DNA of 64,000 nt, from assembly GCF_049075655.1 (NCBI RefSeq), contig NZ_CP157522.1, positions 1,312,001 through 1,376,000 of the forward strand. The letters run 5' to 3'. The notes beneath the pieces were generated by a model. It was not told the origin of the DNA. It worked only from the letters and a program-made list of their open reading frames with translations, and did not search any database. Numbering within the stretch: position 1 is the stretch's first letter; every line of letters starts with the position of its first letter. This DNA comes from Methanothermococcus sp. Ax23. Lineage in GTDB: Archaea; AGJL01; Methanococci; Methanococcales; Methanococcaceae. The translations under genes were made by a program, and so were the position numbers. Positions 1 to 11,193 of this stretch are shown here, piece after piece.

Positions 1-790
1 ATATCCAATAGTTGAGCATCTTGTATGGGGCGGAGGATTTGCAAGTTTAGGAATATCCTTTGCTGACTATGCAGGAAGTGGAGCAGTTCATTTATTCGGT
101 GGTTTAGTTGGATTGGCTGCGGCATGGGCATTAGGTCCAAGACTCAGAAAATACATAAACGGTGTTCCACAGGCATTGCCAGGACACAACATTCCAATTG
201 CTGTTTTAGGTGCATTTATATTGGCATTTGGATGGTATGGATTCAACATAGGAAGTGCATCAGGTGTTGGTGATGGTTTAGAGCTCGTGCAGGTTGCAAT
301 AGCTACAACAATGGCACTTGCAGGAGGTATAGCAGGAGGAGCTCTGAGCTCAAGAAATGACCCACTCTATACAGCAAACGGTATGTGTGCAGGACTTGTT
401 GCAGTATGTAGCGGTGTTAATATATTCACACCAATAGGAGCTCTGGTAGTTGGACTTATAGCGGGATTACAACAGCCATTCACATACAAGTTTATTGAAG
501 AAAAATTGAAAATAGATGATGTTTGTGCTATTGGACCTGTTCATGCTATGAGTGGTTTTATAGGTGTAATCTGTGCAGGTATTCCATTTTTATTAAGGGA
601 CCCATCAGCAACATCATTTGTTGGTCAGGCGATTGGGGCAATAGTAATTGCTTTAATAGCATTAATCGGTGGTGTAATTATATACAAAGGGCTTGATTTA
701 ACAATAGGTTTAAGAGTTTCAGAGAAAGCAGAGAAAGAAGGACTCGATGAAGGTGTTCTTCAAGTAAGGGCATACTCTGAAATGGATTAA
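1..790 (+). CDS. amtB: Ammonium transporter (Amt), 5' part outside the window
   Basis: Frame is open from base 2 (YPIVEHLVWGGG...DYAGSGAVH); Amt motifs GPR, FGWYGFN and DDVC...VH. Confidence 0.95.
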   Translation, partial: YPIVEHLVWGGGFASLGISFADYAGSGAVHLFGGLVGLAAAWALGPRLRKYINGVPQALPGHNIPIAVLGAFILAFGWYGFNIGSASGVGDGLELVQVAIATTMALAGGIAGGALSSRNDPLYTANGMCAGLVAVCSGVNIFTPIGALVVGLIAGLQQPFTYKFIEEKLKIDDVCAIGPVHAMSGFIGVICAGIPFLLRDPSATSFVGQAIGAIVIALIALIGGVIIYKGLDLTIGLRVSEKAEKEGLDEGVLQVRAYSEMD

Positions 791-859
791 TATAATATAT
801 TCATAATAATCCTTAATTATTTTTTATTTTAGGAATTAGGATTCTTCTTTCCGTGGTAA

Positions 860-1240
<381 letters not shown>

Positions 1241-1355
1241 TTATTTCATTAATTTTTTTACCATTTCATTTTTCACTATTTTTATTTATTTCATATTTTA
1301 CTTATTTTCATCTTATTTTACAATATTTATTGATGTAATTAAATTATTAAATTTT

Positions 1356-1370
1356 CGAAAGGTATATATA
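1356..1370 (+). promoter_or_regulatory. BRE-TATA promoter of the second glnK-amt unit
   Basis: CGAAAggTATATATA about 25 nt upstream of the operator. Confidence 0.7.
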
Positions 1371-1382
1371 TGCCCTATTTAA

Positions 1383-1781
<399 letters not shown>

Positions 1782-1811
1782 TAAAAATAAAAACACAAAA
1801 AGGTGATATTA

Positions 1812-3104
1812 ATGGCTACAGCTGATTTAATAAATCAAACATTGGTAAATAATACAATTGCATCATTGCAATCAGCAGGGATTGATACAGCAGGAGCAAC
1901 CAATGTAGTAAATGCATTAACTACAATGGCAAATGCAAGCGATGTATTTTTCTTAGTAGTAATGGGTGTCCTTGTCTTTATGATGCAGTGGGGCTTTGCC
2001 ATGCTTGAAGGTGGGCAGGTTAGAAAGAAAAATGTTAATAACGTTATGATGAAAAACATGGTTGATTGGTTGATTGGCTGTGTTTCATGGTTGTTTATAG
2101 GTGGTGTTCTCTGTGCTTCAATAAATCCATCAGATTTCATAAGCTGGTGGCATCAAATATTTGGAACTGACTGGTCAAACAATGGTTTAGACTTGGCAAA
2201 CTGGTTCTTTGGTTTGGTATTTGCCGCAACAGCCGCAACAATCGTATCAGGAGGAGTTGCTGAGAGAATAAAATTTGGTGCCTATGTGTTGATATCAATA
2301 GTAATTACAGCACTCTTGTATCCATTGTTCGTATATTTGGGTCCTTGGGGGGCAAGTATAGTTCCATGGCATGACTACGCAGGAAGTTTAGTAGTTCATG
2401 GTTTAGGGGGATTCTTAGCATTAGGTGCCATTGCGGCATTGGGTCCAAGAGTTGGAAGATTCTTGGATGGAAAATCAGTTCCTATATTGGGTCATAACAT
2501 ACCTATGGCAGTATTCGGGGCATTTGCTCTTGCTATTGGTTGGTATGGATTCAATGTCGGGAGCTCACTTGCATTGGGAGACATAAGCGGATTAGTATGT
2601 GCCACAACAACACTTGCCATGGCAGGTGGTGGTATCGGAGCTCTCCTAATGTCAAAGAAGGATGTGTTATTCACAGCAAATGGTTTAGTTGCAGGGCTTG
2701 TGGCAATCTGTGCTGGAACTGATATAGTTAGTCCAATAGGCGGTTTGTTGATAGGTCTCATAGCAGGAGCTCAGGTTCCAATAGTTTATAAACTCGTTGA
2801 AAACGCAGGATTGGATGATGTCTGTGGTGTTGTCCCAGTTCATGGAACAGCAGGTGTTGTTGGGGCAATATTGGCAGGGGTATTTGGAATGACTGCATTG
2901 GGTGGAACAGGAGATGTTAGTTTGGTAAATCAGATAATAGCATCAGTATTCTGTATAGTATATGGTACAGGTCTTGGATTTGTGCTTGCTAAAATAGCAG
3001 GAATATTCACAGGAGGTCTCAGAGTATCAGAAGAAGATGAGAAAAGAGGTCTTGACTTAGCAGAACACAGGTTATCAGCATACCCTGAGGAAGAAATGGT
3101 TTAA
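1812..3104 (+). CDS. amtB: Ammonium transporter (Amt)
   Basis: MQWGFAMLEGG, SGGVAER, DYAGSLVVH, GWYGFN; ATG 1812 follows AGGTGA. Confidence 0.95.
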   Translation: MATADLINQTLVNNTIASLQSAGIDTAGATNVVNALTTMANASDVFFLVVMGVLVFMMQWGFAMLEGGQVRKKNVNNVMMKNMVDWLIGCVSWLFIGGVLCASINPSDFISWWHQIFGTDWSNNGLDLANWFFGLVFAATAATIVSGGVAERIKFGAYVLISIVITALLYPLFVYLGPWGASIVPWHDYAGSLVVHGLGGFLALGAIAALGPRVGRFLDGKSVPILGHNIPMAVFGAFALAIGWYGFNVGSSLALGDISGLVCATTTLAMAGGGIGALLMSKKDVLFTANGLVAGLVAICAGTDIVSPIGGLLIGLIAGAQVPIVYKLVENAGLDDVCGVVPVHGTAGVVGAILAGVFGMTALGGTGDVSLVNQIIASVFCIVYGTGLGFVLAKIAGIFTGGLRVSEEDEKRGLDLAEHRLSAYPEEEMV

Positions 3105-3315
3105 ATTAGTTAGATATATTAAAAAATATTTCTTTTTATTTTATTCAGTATTTATTATTATATACAGGGGAGAGGGTAATTTACGATTAAAATACTATTA
3201 ATTTTCAATTTTTTTAATTTTTCATAATTTAAATATTAAATTTTTAAAAGTTAAAAATAATATTTTTTTATACATTAATTACATTTATACCAATATTATA
3301 TTGATGGATGGTATT

Positions 3316-3633
3316 ATGGATTTCAAAGAAGAGTGCTACAATTTAGTTAAAAAAGTTCCAAAAGGAAAAATAACCACATATAAGGAAATTGCAGAAGCAC
3401 TTGGAACAAATGGATATCGAGCTGTTGGAAATGTATTGAATAAAAATCCAAATCTTATAACTGTTCCATGCCATAGAGTGGTTAAATCAAACGGTGAAGT
3501 TGGAGGGTATGTAGAAGGCATAGAAAGGAAAATAGAACTTTTAAGAAGTGAAGGGATACCGATTAAAGACAATAAGGTAATAGATTTTGAAAAATACTTT
3601 TTTAGGTTAAAAAATAATAAATTTAAAAAATAA
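3316..3633 (+). CDS. O6-methylguanine-DNA methyltransferase family protein (C-terminal domain only)
   Basis: TYKEIA...RAVG...NP...PCHRVV active-site motif. Confidence 0.9.
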   Translation: MDFKEECYNLVKKVPKGKITTYKEIAEALGTNGYRAVGNVLNKNPNLITVPCHRVVKSNGEVGGYVEGIERKIELLRSEGIPIKDNKVIDFEKYFFRLKNNKFKK

Positions 3634-3662
3634 TGAACACCAATATTTTATTGGTGATTATT

Positions 3663-4619
3663 ATGGTTTTTGGATTATTCAAAAAATCAAAAAAGAAATC
3701 TCTAAATGATTTCTTAGATGAAAATAAAGGAAAGATTTTGAAAATAAATCTAAATAAACCCCTTGACTGTATATGCGATTTCACATATAACTTTGTATGG
3801 CAGAGCTCCTTCGACTACAACCAAAAAGTAGTTGATGAAGTATCTTTTAAAGATTTGGTGGAACATTTAAAAAATAGAGGAATAATATGTATTAAGGGGA
3901 ATGTAGGGCATAGATTTTGTAGTTCCATGGGTGCGGACTTGAAATACTTTGGAGGAAGCGGGGGCAAAATTGATACTGGAATTGTAATTGTTGATGGGGA
4001 TGTAGATACAAGATTTGGAATAAGTATGGTCTCTGGAACGGTTTATGTGAATGAAAGAAATAAGATAAAAGAACCTATTGGAAACATTGTTGAAGTTGAA
4101 AGCGACATTAAAGGATATAGAAAATTCATATCTATTACCGAATATATTGAAGGAAGATATAAAAATGAAAAACTTTTAAAACCGAATAAATTCGATAAAA
4201 ATAATTATAATTTAATTTTAAATGATAAAATTGTAAGAGACACTGTCGGAGCTCGGCTGGAAAAAGATGCAACAATAACAATAAATGGAGACGTTGATTT
4301 ATCCACAGGAATATTGATGAAAAAAGGAAAGGTTGTTGTAAATGGAAATGCCGGGAAAAACACAGGTGCAGTTTTAAATGGTGGGACAGTTGTAGTTGAT
4401 GGAAATACAGGAGATTTCACGGCGTTTGAAATGAAAAGTGGAACAATTATCGTGAATGGAAATGCTAGAAAGTTTTTAGGTGCTAAGAAAAAAGGTGGAG
4501 TGGTTTATGCCAAGAATGGTTCGCCAGTTCCACCGACAAAGAAGATTCCTTTGAATGATGAAGATAAAACTATATTAAATAAATATGGATTTATTGGAAA
4601 ATTCTACAAATTTCAATAA
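3663..4619 (+). CDS. GXGXG beta-helix protein (FwdC/GltB C-terminal-like)
   Basis: Repeated G-x-I-x-V-x-G-N-A-G beta-helix motifs in two blocks. Confidence 0.75.
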   Translation: MVFGLFKKSKKKSLNDFLDENKGKILKINLNKPLDCICDFTYNFVWQSSFDYNQKVVDEVSFKDLVEHLKNRGIICIKGNVGHRFCSSMGADLKYFGGSGGKIDTGIVIVDGDVDTRFGISMVSGTVYVNERNKIKEPIGNIVEVESDIKGYRKFISITEYIEGRYKNEKLLKPNKFDKNNYNLILNDKIVRDTVGARLEKDATITINGDVDLSTGILMKKGKVVVNGNAGKNTGAVLNGGTVVVDGNTGDFTAFEMKSGTIIVNGNARKFLGAKKKGGVVYAKNGSPVPPTKKIPLNDEDKTILNKYGFIGKFYKFQ

Positions 4620-4683
4620 ATAACAATAGTGATTAATAATTATTTCATTTAAATTAACAAATATATATTCCTAAAATAAAAAT

Positions 4684-4707
4684 AAGCCTTGGGCGGAGTT
4701 CAAACGC
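4684..4707 (-). repeat. Degenerate copy of the tRNA-Thr 3' end
   Basis: AAGCCTTGGGCGG at 4684-4696 is identical to 4832-4844 and continues with mismatches through the T-arm. Confidence 0.8.
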
Positions 4708-4820
4708 AAACTTTAAAAAATCTCAAAATTGCTTCGCAATTTATACGATTTCTCGCTATCGCTCGAAAGTTTGCTATTCAAAGTCCAAATACTACTCCGC
4801 TTCGCTTCGTAGCATTTGGA
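4706..4820. repeat. Cluster of nested palindromic hairpin modules
   Basis: GCAAACTTT...AAAGTTTGC encloses AATTGC-TTC-GCAATT; TCCAAAT.CTAC...GTAG.ATTTGGA; homologous to 61196-61248. Confidence 0.75.
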
Positions 4821-4832
4821 ACCTAAAAATAA

Positions 4833-4906
4833 AGCCTTGGGCGGGGTTTGAACCCGCGACCTTCTGCTTACCAAGCAGACGCTCTACCAGGCTGAGCCAC
4901 CAAGGC
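4833..4906 (-). tRNA. tRNA-Thr (GGT)
   Basis: Cloverleaf: acceptor GCCTTGG/CCAAGGC, D arm GCTC/GAGC, anticodon arm TCTGC-TTGGTAA-GCAGA, T arm GCGGG-TTCAAAC-CCCGC; no encoded CCA; BRE-TATA (CCGAAAACTTTATATA) upstream. Confidence 0.97.
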
Positions 4907-5041
4907 ACCAAGTTATATAAAATATAAACTAGTATATAAAGTTTTCGGTTGATTAGAGGTTGATTAAATTTATAGTATAGCCCTTCAATCTATACAATAA
5001 AATTATTTAAAAATAAAAAATAAATTTTAATTGTTAATTAA

Positions 5042-5842
5042 TTAAGTTCCCACTCTTATGGGCTCTGAGAGGTCTTTTATAATTCTTATCACTGAGTATG
5101 CTGCCAATGCAGAAGTTTTGGGATTATCTTTACATGGATTATTCTCAACTGTGGTTTTTATAGTGCCTATGGAGCCTTTAACAACTATCTCATGTTTATT
5201 TGATACTGCGGAAGGGTCTGCTACTATCTTAACTTTCGCAGGGACTTTCGATGCCAATGAAAGAACCACCGATACATTTATATTTTGTGGGAATTCTTTA
5301 ATGGCTTTAAATACATCCCCTTCAAAAACTGTTGTTGGTTCTGAAATGGCTTCTGCATCTATTCCAAGGTTCTTTAATGCATCTTTTAATCCATAAACGG
5401 GTTTTGTTGTTGTAAGGATTACCTCTTCAATAGTTCCTAATGATGAGGCCTTAATGGCATCAACACCGGCAATTGCTCCTGAGGGAATGTATATTTTTCT
5501 ATTGTTTTCTTTTGCGAGATTGTATAATTTTAAAAATAAGTCCTTATCTGCAAATGCCCCAACGCTCATTACAATTATATCTTTTCCATTACTGAGAGCT
5601 TTGGATACAGTTTCATCAACTGCCTTAACTGATGCACATTCTATTACTATGTCTAAGTTCTTACCCACTAGTTCATCTATTGAATCACATACTTCTGCAT
5701 TCACTAATTTTCCGAGCTCTTCTGATTTATGTCTATTTTTGTCGTACAATGCAACTATTTTTGGATTTATTTTTCCGGACATTACTGCTTTTACTATCAA
5801 TGTGGCGATTGTTCCACATCCAACCACGCCTATTTTTAACAT
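5042..5842 (-). CDS. nadX: L-aspartate dehydrogenase
   Basis: GCGTIA Rossmann, ECAS, PSGAIAG, FPQNINV, NPKTS. Confidence 0.92.
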   Translation of the reverse strand: MLKIGVVGCGTIATLIVKAVMSGKINPKIVALYDKNRHKSEELGKLVNAEVCDSIDELVGKNLDIVIECASVKAVDETVSKALSNGKDIIVMSVGAFADKDLFLKLYNLAKENNRKIYIPSGAIAGVDAIKASSLGTIEEVILTTTKPVYGLKDALKNLGIDAEAISEPTTVFEGDVFKAIKEFPQNINVSVVLSLASKVPAKVKIVADPSAVSNKHEIVVKGSIGTIKTTVENNPCKDNPKTSALAAYSVIRIIKDLSEPIRVGT

Positions 5843-5963
5843 TTTAGCATCACTTCGTAATTATTAATTCCTTTTGAACAGTAACTAAAATATTCATTAA
5901 ATAACATATTAAATAATGTTTTAAATTGCTTTTTTTAACTCCCTAATTTAAAAAAAATAAGAT

Positions 5964-6224
5964 TTATGGTAATTTTTTCTCTGTTGCTGGCGGTTTTATT
6001 AAGATAATATTACCTATTGATTCCACTATTTTATATGGGAGAATTATCTTTTTAGATGGGTCACTTACATTATCCCTTAAACATCCTCTTGATGCATCGG
6101 ATATCACAATGCCACTTACTGATGATTTTTCAATATCTATCATGGCATCATAAGTTTCTCCAACATAAAGTCCCTTTGTTGTGTATATTTTTTTACCCAA
6201 TATTTCACTAATTTTAATAGCCAT
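5964..6224 (-). CDS. PRC-barrel domain protein
   Basis: SEILGKKIYTTKGLYVG...LPYKIVESIGNIILI pattern. Confidence 0.85.
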   Translation of the reverse strand: MAIKISEILGKKIYTTKGLYVGETYDAMIDIEKSSVSGIVISDASRGCLRDNVSDPSKKIILPYKIVESIGNIILIKPPATEKKLP

Positions 6225-6285
6225 TTTGAAACCTCCAATATTTGGATATGCAACATTATTATATTTGCCATATATAAATGTTTAA

Positions 6286-6966
6286 TTATAAATCGATATC
6301 ATCAATACTTATTTTTTCAGCACCATATAATTCCTTTGCTCTCAAATATATTAATTCATCTGCCTTGTTATTTTCATCCATAATTACAATAACCTTGGAA
6401 GGATTTAATTTATTTATCAGCTTATTTATCTGCTCCTTGATTATACCACATTTTTTTTCAATGCCTTTAAGAGCCTTTTCTGGCATATTTGGATTTATAA
6501 CTTTCATATCCTCGGCTTCTAAAACACCCTCCGTGGAGATTATATTTAAGTTTGGCATTTTATTTTTTAGATTTTTCAACAATTTTTTATTGCTCACAAT
6601 ATATAGGGCACTTTCATCCAGCTGAGCTCCTCCTTCAAACTCAAACCCAAATTCTTTCAATACATTGTTAAGATGTTTTTGGGTTTGTAGTATTAATTTA
6701 CAAAATATTTTTGCCTCATCATCATTTAAATTATGTAGCGGTGCTTTTTTGTAAAGGTAATCATCTGCCTCAATAAGTGCGTAAAATGCCTTTTTAAATT
6801 CAGCTACATTAATATTTCCAGATTTTGCATCTTTATACGTTACGTTTTTAGATTCTGCAATTTTATGGGGTTTGGCATTTTTTAATTTTGATGATTCCTC
6901 ATCCAACTTTGATATTGTGGCTACTGACTTTTTTATAAGTATTTTTGAATCGTCTATTCTGTTCAT
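6286..6966 (-). CDS. Conserved methanogen protein (DUF2100-like)
   Basis: LYKKAPLH and EDMKVINPNMPEKAL motifs recalled from an archaeal conserved family. Confidence 0.65.
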   Translation of the reverse strand: MNRIDDSKILIKKSVATISKLDEESSKLKNAKPHKIAESKNVTYKDAKSGNINVAEFKKAFYALIEADDYLYKKAPLHNLNDDEAKIFCKLILQTQKHLNNVLKEFGFEFEGGAQLDESALYIVSNKKLLKNLKNKMPNLNIISTEGVLEAEDMKVINPNMPEKALKGIEKKCGIIKEQINKLINKLNPSKVIVIMDENNKADELIYLRAKELYGAEKISIDDIDL

Positions 6967-7045
6967 TGTATCACATTAATAAATTACTTATGGTTTCTTT
7001 TAGGTATTTTAGGATATTTTTTAATATATATGGCATATGTTCAAA

Positions 7046-8317
7046 TTATTGGTTATTATCATTACCATTATTATTTTCCATTTCCATTCTTTCGAGCTCC
7101 TCCACTAGTAATGTAATAAATACTCCTACATCAGTGACTACTCCTATTGCCTGGGAGGTTCCCCTATCCATTAATTTTGTTACAGTATCTGAATTGATAT
7201 CCACACATACGGTTTTTATGTATGATGGCATTAGATTTCCAGTAGCTATGGAATGTAATAATGTAGCCATCATAATTACCATTTTTTTATCGAGTATTGC
7301 TTCTCTCATCTTGTTTTGAGCATCGATAATATTTGGAATAACATCTGGAAGAGGTCCATCGTCCCTTATACTACCTGCAAGCACATAAGGAACATTATTT
7401 TTTACACACTCATACATAATTCCGCTTTTAAGTATGCCCTGTTCAACGGCATTTTTGATACTACCTGCCCTCATAATGGTATTTATGGCATATATGTGGT
7501 GCTTATGACCTCCAAGAACAGGTTTTCCAGTTTTTATATTCACTCCAAGGGAGGTTCCATATAAAACACTTTCCATATCATGAGTTGCAAGAGCATTTCC
7601 TGCAAGAAGTGCCTGAATATAACCCATTCTAATGAGTTTTGCGAGAGCAGGGCCCCCACCTGTGTGTATTACCGCAGGACCTGCTACAATAGCTATTCCC
7701 CCTTTCCCTGTTTTTTTGTATTCTTCTCTTATCTGATACATTTCTTTTGCTATTTTTCTTATAATTGCCTGTTTAGGCTTTTCAGCAGATACCTCAGAGT
7801 TCATAAATTCAAATAACTCCCCTTTTTCCCTTGGTCTCTCTGGCGGCATAACTCTAATACCCTTATGCCCTACAACAATTAAATCCCCCTTCTTAATGTC
7901 TCTCATAACCTTTGTTTCTGCCCTTTTTTCGTTGGGATAAACTACAATTACTGCGTCCATCTTTGGTTTTTCAACTTCTATCCATTCATTGTTGTATTTT
8001 ATATATGTTGGATGGTTCGTTGTTGAATAAAATCCATCAGGTAAAACTTTGTCCTGTTCAGCTGGTTTTATCTCTACATTTTCAATTTCTGGAATTTCCG
8101 CCCCTATATTTTGCAGTTCTTCCAGTATCCTATCAAGATGAGCCTGATTTTTACCAATTACCAATAATTTTGCATAGGATGGGTCAGTCTTTCTTTTTCC
8201 TATATCAAACTCTAAAACCTTATAATCTCCATCGAGCTCCAAAATTGTATCAAATGCCTTTGGAAGTATTAAATTATCAATAATGTGCCCTCTTAATTCA
8301 ATTTCCCTAGCAAACAT
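7046..8317 (-). CDS. TIGR00300 family protein (LOR/SDH-like, ornithine cyclodeaminase type)
   Basis: GHIID, FYSTTNHPT, GPAVIHTG, GNALATHD, GSIRDDGPLP, KLMDRG. Confidence 0.88.
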   Translation of the reverse strand: MFAREIELRGHIIDNLILPKAFDTILELDGDYKVLEFDIGKRKTDPSYAKLLVIGKNQAHLDRILEELQNIGAEIPEIENVEIKPAEQDKVLPDGFYSTTNHPTYIKYNNEWIEVEKPKMDAVIVVYPNEKRAETKVMRDIKKGDLIVVGHKGIRVMPPERPREKGELFEFMNSEVSAEKPKQAIIRKIAKEMYQIREEYKKTGKGGIAIVAGPAVIHTGGGPALAKLIRMGYIQALLAGNALATHDMESVLYGTSLGVNIKTGKPVLGGHKHHIYAINTIMRAGSIKNAVEQGILKSGIMYECVKNNVPYVLAGSIRDDGPLPDVIPNIIDAQNKMREAILDKKMVIMMATLLHSIATGNLMPSYIKTVCVDINSDTVTKLMDRGTSQAIGVVTDVGVFITLLVEELERMEMENNNGNDNNQ

Positions 8318-8379
8318 AGAATCACCAAGTTTTTATTTTCTCCACCATATGACTAATATTGCAAATATTACAATATATT

Positions 8380-9264
8380 TTATAATATAAATGAGTAATG
8401 TTCCCTTTTAATCTCTGGAACATCTGCAAAACAATCGGAAGTTATTGAGTTTAGCATAAATCCATCCATACCTTTTAAATTAACTAAGAGACATCCCTTT
8501 ATTGTGATGTTAATATTCGGAGCTCTCCTTCTCATCTCATCCACAAGTAAAAGAAGGTCCTTAATCTTTCCAACTTTATCAATATCTCCGACATTTTTTA
8601 AATCCATTAAATTTTTGTCATGCACGATTAATTGATGAATCATCATCTCTTTAACATCAGTGTTATTGTTTAGTATCTCTGCCAGCTCAATAAGTTCATT
8701 TTCATTAAAATTTGGAATATATATGCTCCTCACAATGGTGTGTATATATTTTGACGATAGTTTTATATTATTTAAAACCTTTTCGAAAGTATCTGAATTT
8801 GTAAGAATTTTATGAGTTTCAGGTTTTGAAGCACTTAAACTTATCATTACAATGTCAAGCCCCATTTCCTTAAATTCTTTTATTAACTCCTCATTTAAAT
8901 TGACTCCATTTGTCTGTAAATCACACCTTAAATTTAGTGATTTTGTAAATTCTATTGCCTTTTTAACCTTATCAGGATAAGTAAGCGGCTCTCCATATTG
9001 ACTAATTGTTATTCCAGTATGTCCTTTGGTGTCAGGATTATCAGGGTCAATCCCATAAATTCCTGATTTTATTTTTAATAATTTTGAATAACAAAATATA
9101 CAATCATGTTCGCACTTTTGAGTTATTTCTATTGACGGGTGGTGGTGCGGATTTTTATTATTTAAATCAAGCCCTTCACAACCGATACAGTGTTTTGATA
9201 CCTTTAAATTTTTCACAATAGACTCTAATTTATCGCAAATTTCATTTCTTAGAACAATTTTCAA
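8380..9264 (-). CDS. Radical SAM protein
   Basis: CEHDCIFC (CxxxCxxC), YGEP, QTNG; extra N-terminal HCIGC. Confidence 0.88.
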   Translation of the reverse strand: MKIVLRNEICDKLESIVKNLKVSKHCIGCEGLDLNNKNPHHHPSIEITQKCEHDCIFCYSKLLKIKSGIYGIDPDNPDTKGHTGITISQYGEPLTYPDKVKKAIEFTKSLNLRCDLQTNGVNLNEELIKEFKEMGLDIVMISLSASKPETHKILTNSDTFEKVLNNIKLSSKYIHTIVRSIYIPNFNENELIELAEILNNNTDVKEMMIHQLIVHDKNLMDLKNVGDIDKVGKIKDLLLLVDEMRRRAPNINITIKGCLLVNLKGMDGFMLNSITSDCFADVPEIKREHYSFIL

Positions 9265-9273
9265 TATCTCACC

Positions 9274-9762
9274 TTAATCCAATAAGTGTTTTAAGATATG
9301 TCCAGTTTCTTTTTTTATTATATTCATTGCAGTTTTACAGGCGTTTAATGAACCGGGTAGTGCATATATTATTTTATTTCGGTAAATTCCAGCAGTTGCC
9401 CTTGAAAGAACTGTTGCATACCCTACCTCATTGTAGCTTAAATTGTGGAATACTATTTTAAATCCGTCGAGCTCCTTCTCAAATAACTCTCTCAACACAT
9501 CGGGTGTGTTGTCCCTGTTTGATATTCCAGTTCCCCCAGTAATTACGATGCTATCTATGTCAAAAAAATCTATTATATGATTTATTAAACCTTTCAACAT
9601 GTCTTTGTTATCGGGAATTAGTGCGTAATATTGAGCATTTAATTCATCCCTTAAATAATTCCCTGATTTATCATCAACATTCTTTCCAGATAGGAGCTCA
9701 TTAAATCTACTATCACTTACAGTTATTACTGCATATTTTACATTTTCCAATCCTTTGTGCAT
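9274..9762 (-). CDS. moaB: Molybdenum/tungsten cofactor biosynthesis protein B
   Basis: ITVSDSR, DDKSG, TGGTG, SRA, LPGS. Confidence 0.92.
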   Translation of the reverse strand: MHKGLENVKYAVITVSDSRFNELLSGKNVDDKSGNYLRDELNAQYYALIPDNKDMLKGLINHIIDFFDIDSIVITGGTGISNRDNTPDVLRELFEKELDGFKIVFHNLSYNEVGYATVLSRATAGIYRNKIIYALPGSLNACKTAMNIIKKETGHILKHLLD

Positions 9763-9921
9763 AGTTTCACCTTTTTAAACATATGGATATATATTTATCA
9801 ATGAAATTAGAGAAATTATAAAATAATAAAAATTATTTTTTTTTGATTATGGTTTATAGATATTTTACACGCCGTTTAAAACTGTTTAGTTTTTTGTGAG
9901 TGTATGGGAGCATTTAGTTTT

Positions 9922-9937
9922 CGAAATGTTTATATAG
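9922..9937 (+). promoter_or_regulatory. BRE-TATA promoter pointing into the GC-rich island
   Basis: CGAAATGTTTATATAG with no credible + strand CDS downstream. Confidence 0.55.
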
Positions 9938-10031
9938 TATTTTCATGCATAGTTTATAGTGTCAATCTAATCAACCCCAAGACTTTCCTAAACCTCTTTT
10001 AAACATGTTAAAACATCCAACAAATTGTCGA

Positions 10032-10175
10032 ATTGATGGGTGGAGCTGGGGTCCCCACGACAGGGGAGGAGACCGATGACATGCTCCCAATGAACCCAGA
10101 GGGATATAAGGTTGATGACGCCCAAGTCCAATATGGGCATTTACTCACCAACGCTTACATTGGACAGACCCCATA
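10032..10175 (+). ncRNA. Candidate structured small RNA, class unassigned
   Basis: GC-rich island in AT-rich intergenic DNA; stems GGAGC/GCTCC, GGTC/GACC, GTCCAAT.TGGGC/GCTTA.ATTGGAC, GGGGTC/GACCCC; two GATGA K-turn/C-box-like motifs; upstream TATA. Confidence 0.55.
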
Positions 10176-10333
10176 TAATAATTTAACTTTAAAAAAACAA
10201 AATTATACTTTTGATGTAAAATAAAGATATGTAATATATATCATGTAAAAAAATATTTTTATAAGGTTATAGGATTACAACGTAATAAAACGCTTTATTT
10301 ATTAATTATATATTATTTTCACAATTTTCATAA

Positions 10334-11182
10334 TTATTCAATATCACAATGTCCTTCAAAATATTTTTTTAAATTTCTTCTTACTTCACCTATTGTATAT
10401 CCCATTTTTATTGGTACATTATCCTCTCGGTTTAATATCTCAATTAAATGTGCCACCCTTGGAAGTCTCAAATTTGCTTTTCTAATTATTTCGCTGTCGT
10501 TAAATACCACCTTTGGTTCCCCTTCTTTTATTATTTGCCCTTCGCTCATAATATATACTTTATTTGCATATATTGGCACTAAATCAACATCATGGGTGGA
10601 TATTATAATAGTAATACCCTTTTTATTTAAATTATATAATAATTTCATAATATGGGAAGCTCCAATTGGGTCCAATCCTGCTGTTGGTTCGTCCAATACA
10701 ATTACTTCTGGTTCCATTGCCAAAATTCCTGCTATGGCCACTCTTTTTTTCTGCCCTCCGCTTAAATGGTGTGGTGGTTTATTTTCAAATTGTTCCATAC
10801 CAACTGCCTTTAACGCCTCTTTTACTCTTTTTTCAACTTCTTCCTTGCTAAGTCCTAAATTTAAAGGTCCAAATGCCACATCCTGCTTCACTGTTGGGGC
10901 AAATAGCTGGTCGTCGGAATTCTGAAAGACTATTCCAACGGTTTTTCTAACTTCCAATAAGGATTTACTATTGTATTTTATTGGTTTTCCTTTAACTAAT
11001 ACATTCCCCTTATAGGGCTTTAATATGCCATTAAAATGTAAAAATAATGTACTCTTACCTGCACCATTGGGTCCCAAAAGTGCAACCATTTCTCCTTTTT
11101 CTGCTTTAAAATTTATTCCATTTAATGCCTCTGTTCCATCAGGATACTTATAATATAAATTTTCTACTTCAAGAATGCCCAT
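10334..11182 (-). CDS. cbiO: Cobalt ECF transporter ATPase
   Basis: [22 protein letters not shown]; ATG 11182 follows AGGTGA. Confidence 0.93.
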   Translation of the reverse strand: MGILEVENLYYKYPDGTEALNGINFKAEKGEMVALLGPNGAGKSTLFLHFNGILKPYKGNVLVKGKPIKYNSKSLLEVRKTVGIVFQNSDDQLFAPTVKQDVAFGPLNLGLSKEEVEKRVKEALKAVGMEQFENKPPHHLSGGQKKRVAIAGILAMEPEVIVLDEPTAGLDPIGASHIMKLLYNLNKKGITIIISTHDVDLVPIYANKVYIMSEGQIIKEGEPKVVFNDSEIIRKANLRLPRVAHLIEILNREDNVPIKMGYTIGEVRRNLKKYFEGHCDIE

Positions 11183-11193
11183 TATTTCACCTG

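Noticed and set aside
4684-4906. Intact provirus or integrative element at tRNA-Thr
   Set aside because: Only about 148 bp between the repeats and no integrase in the window
10032-10175. Moco or cobalamin riboswitch for moaB or cbi genes
   Set aside because: Consensus motifs not recognisable on either strand; it lies 3' of cbiO and about 270 bp from moaB
10033-10224. 63 aa ORF over the GC island
   Set aside because: No RBS, atypical composition and no motif; better explained as a structured RNA
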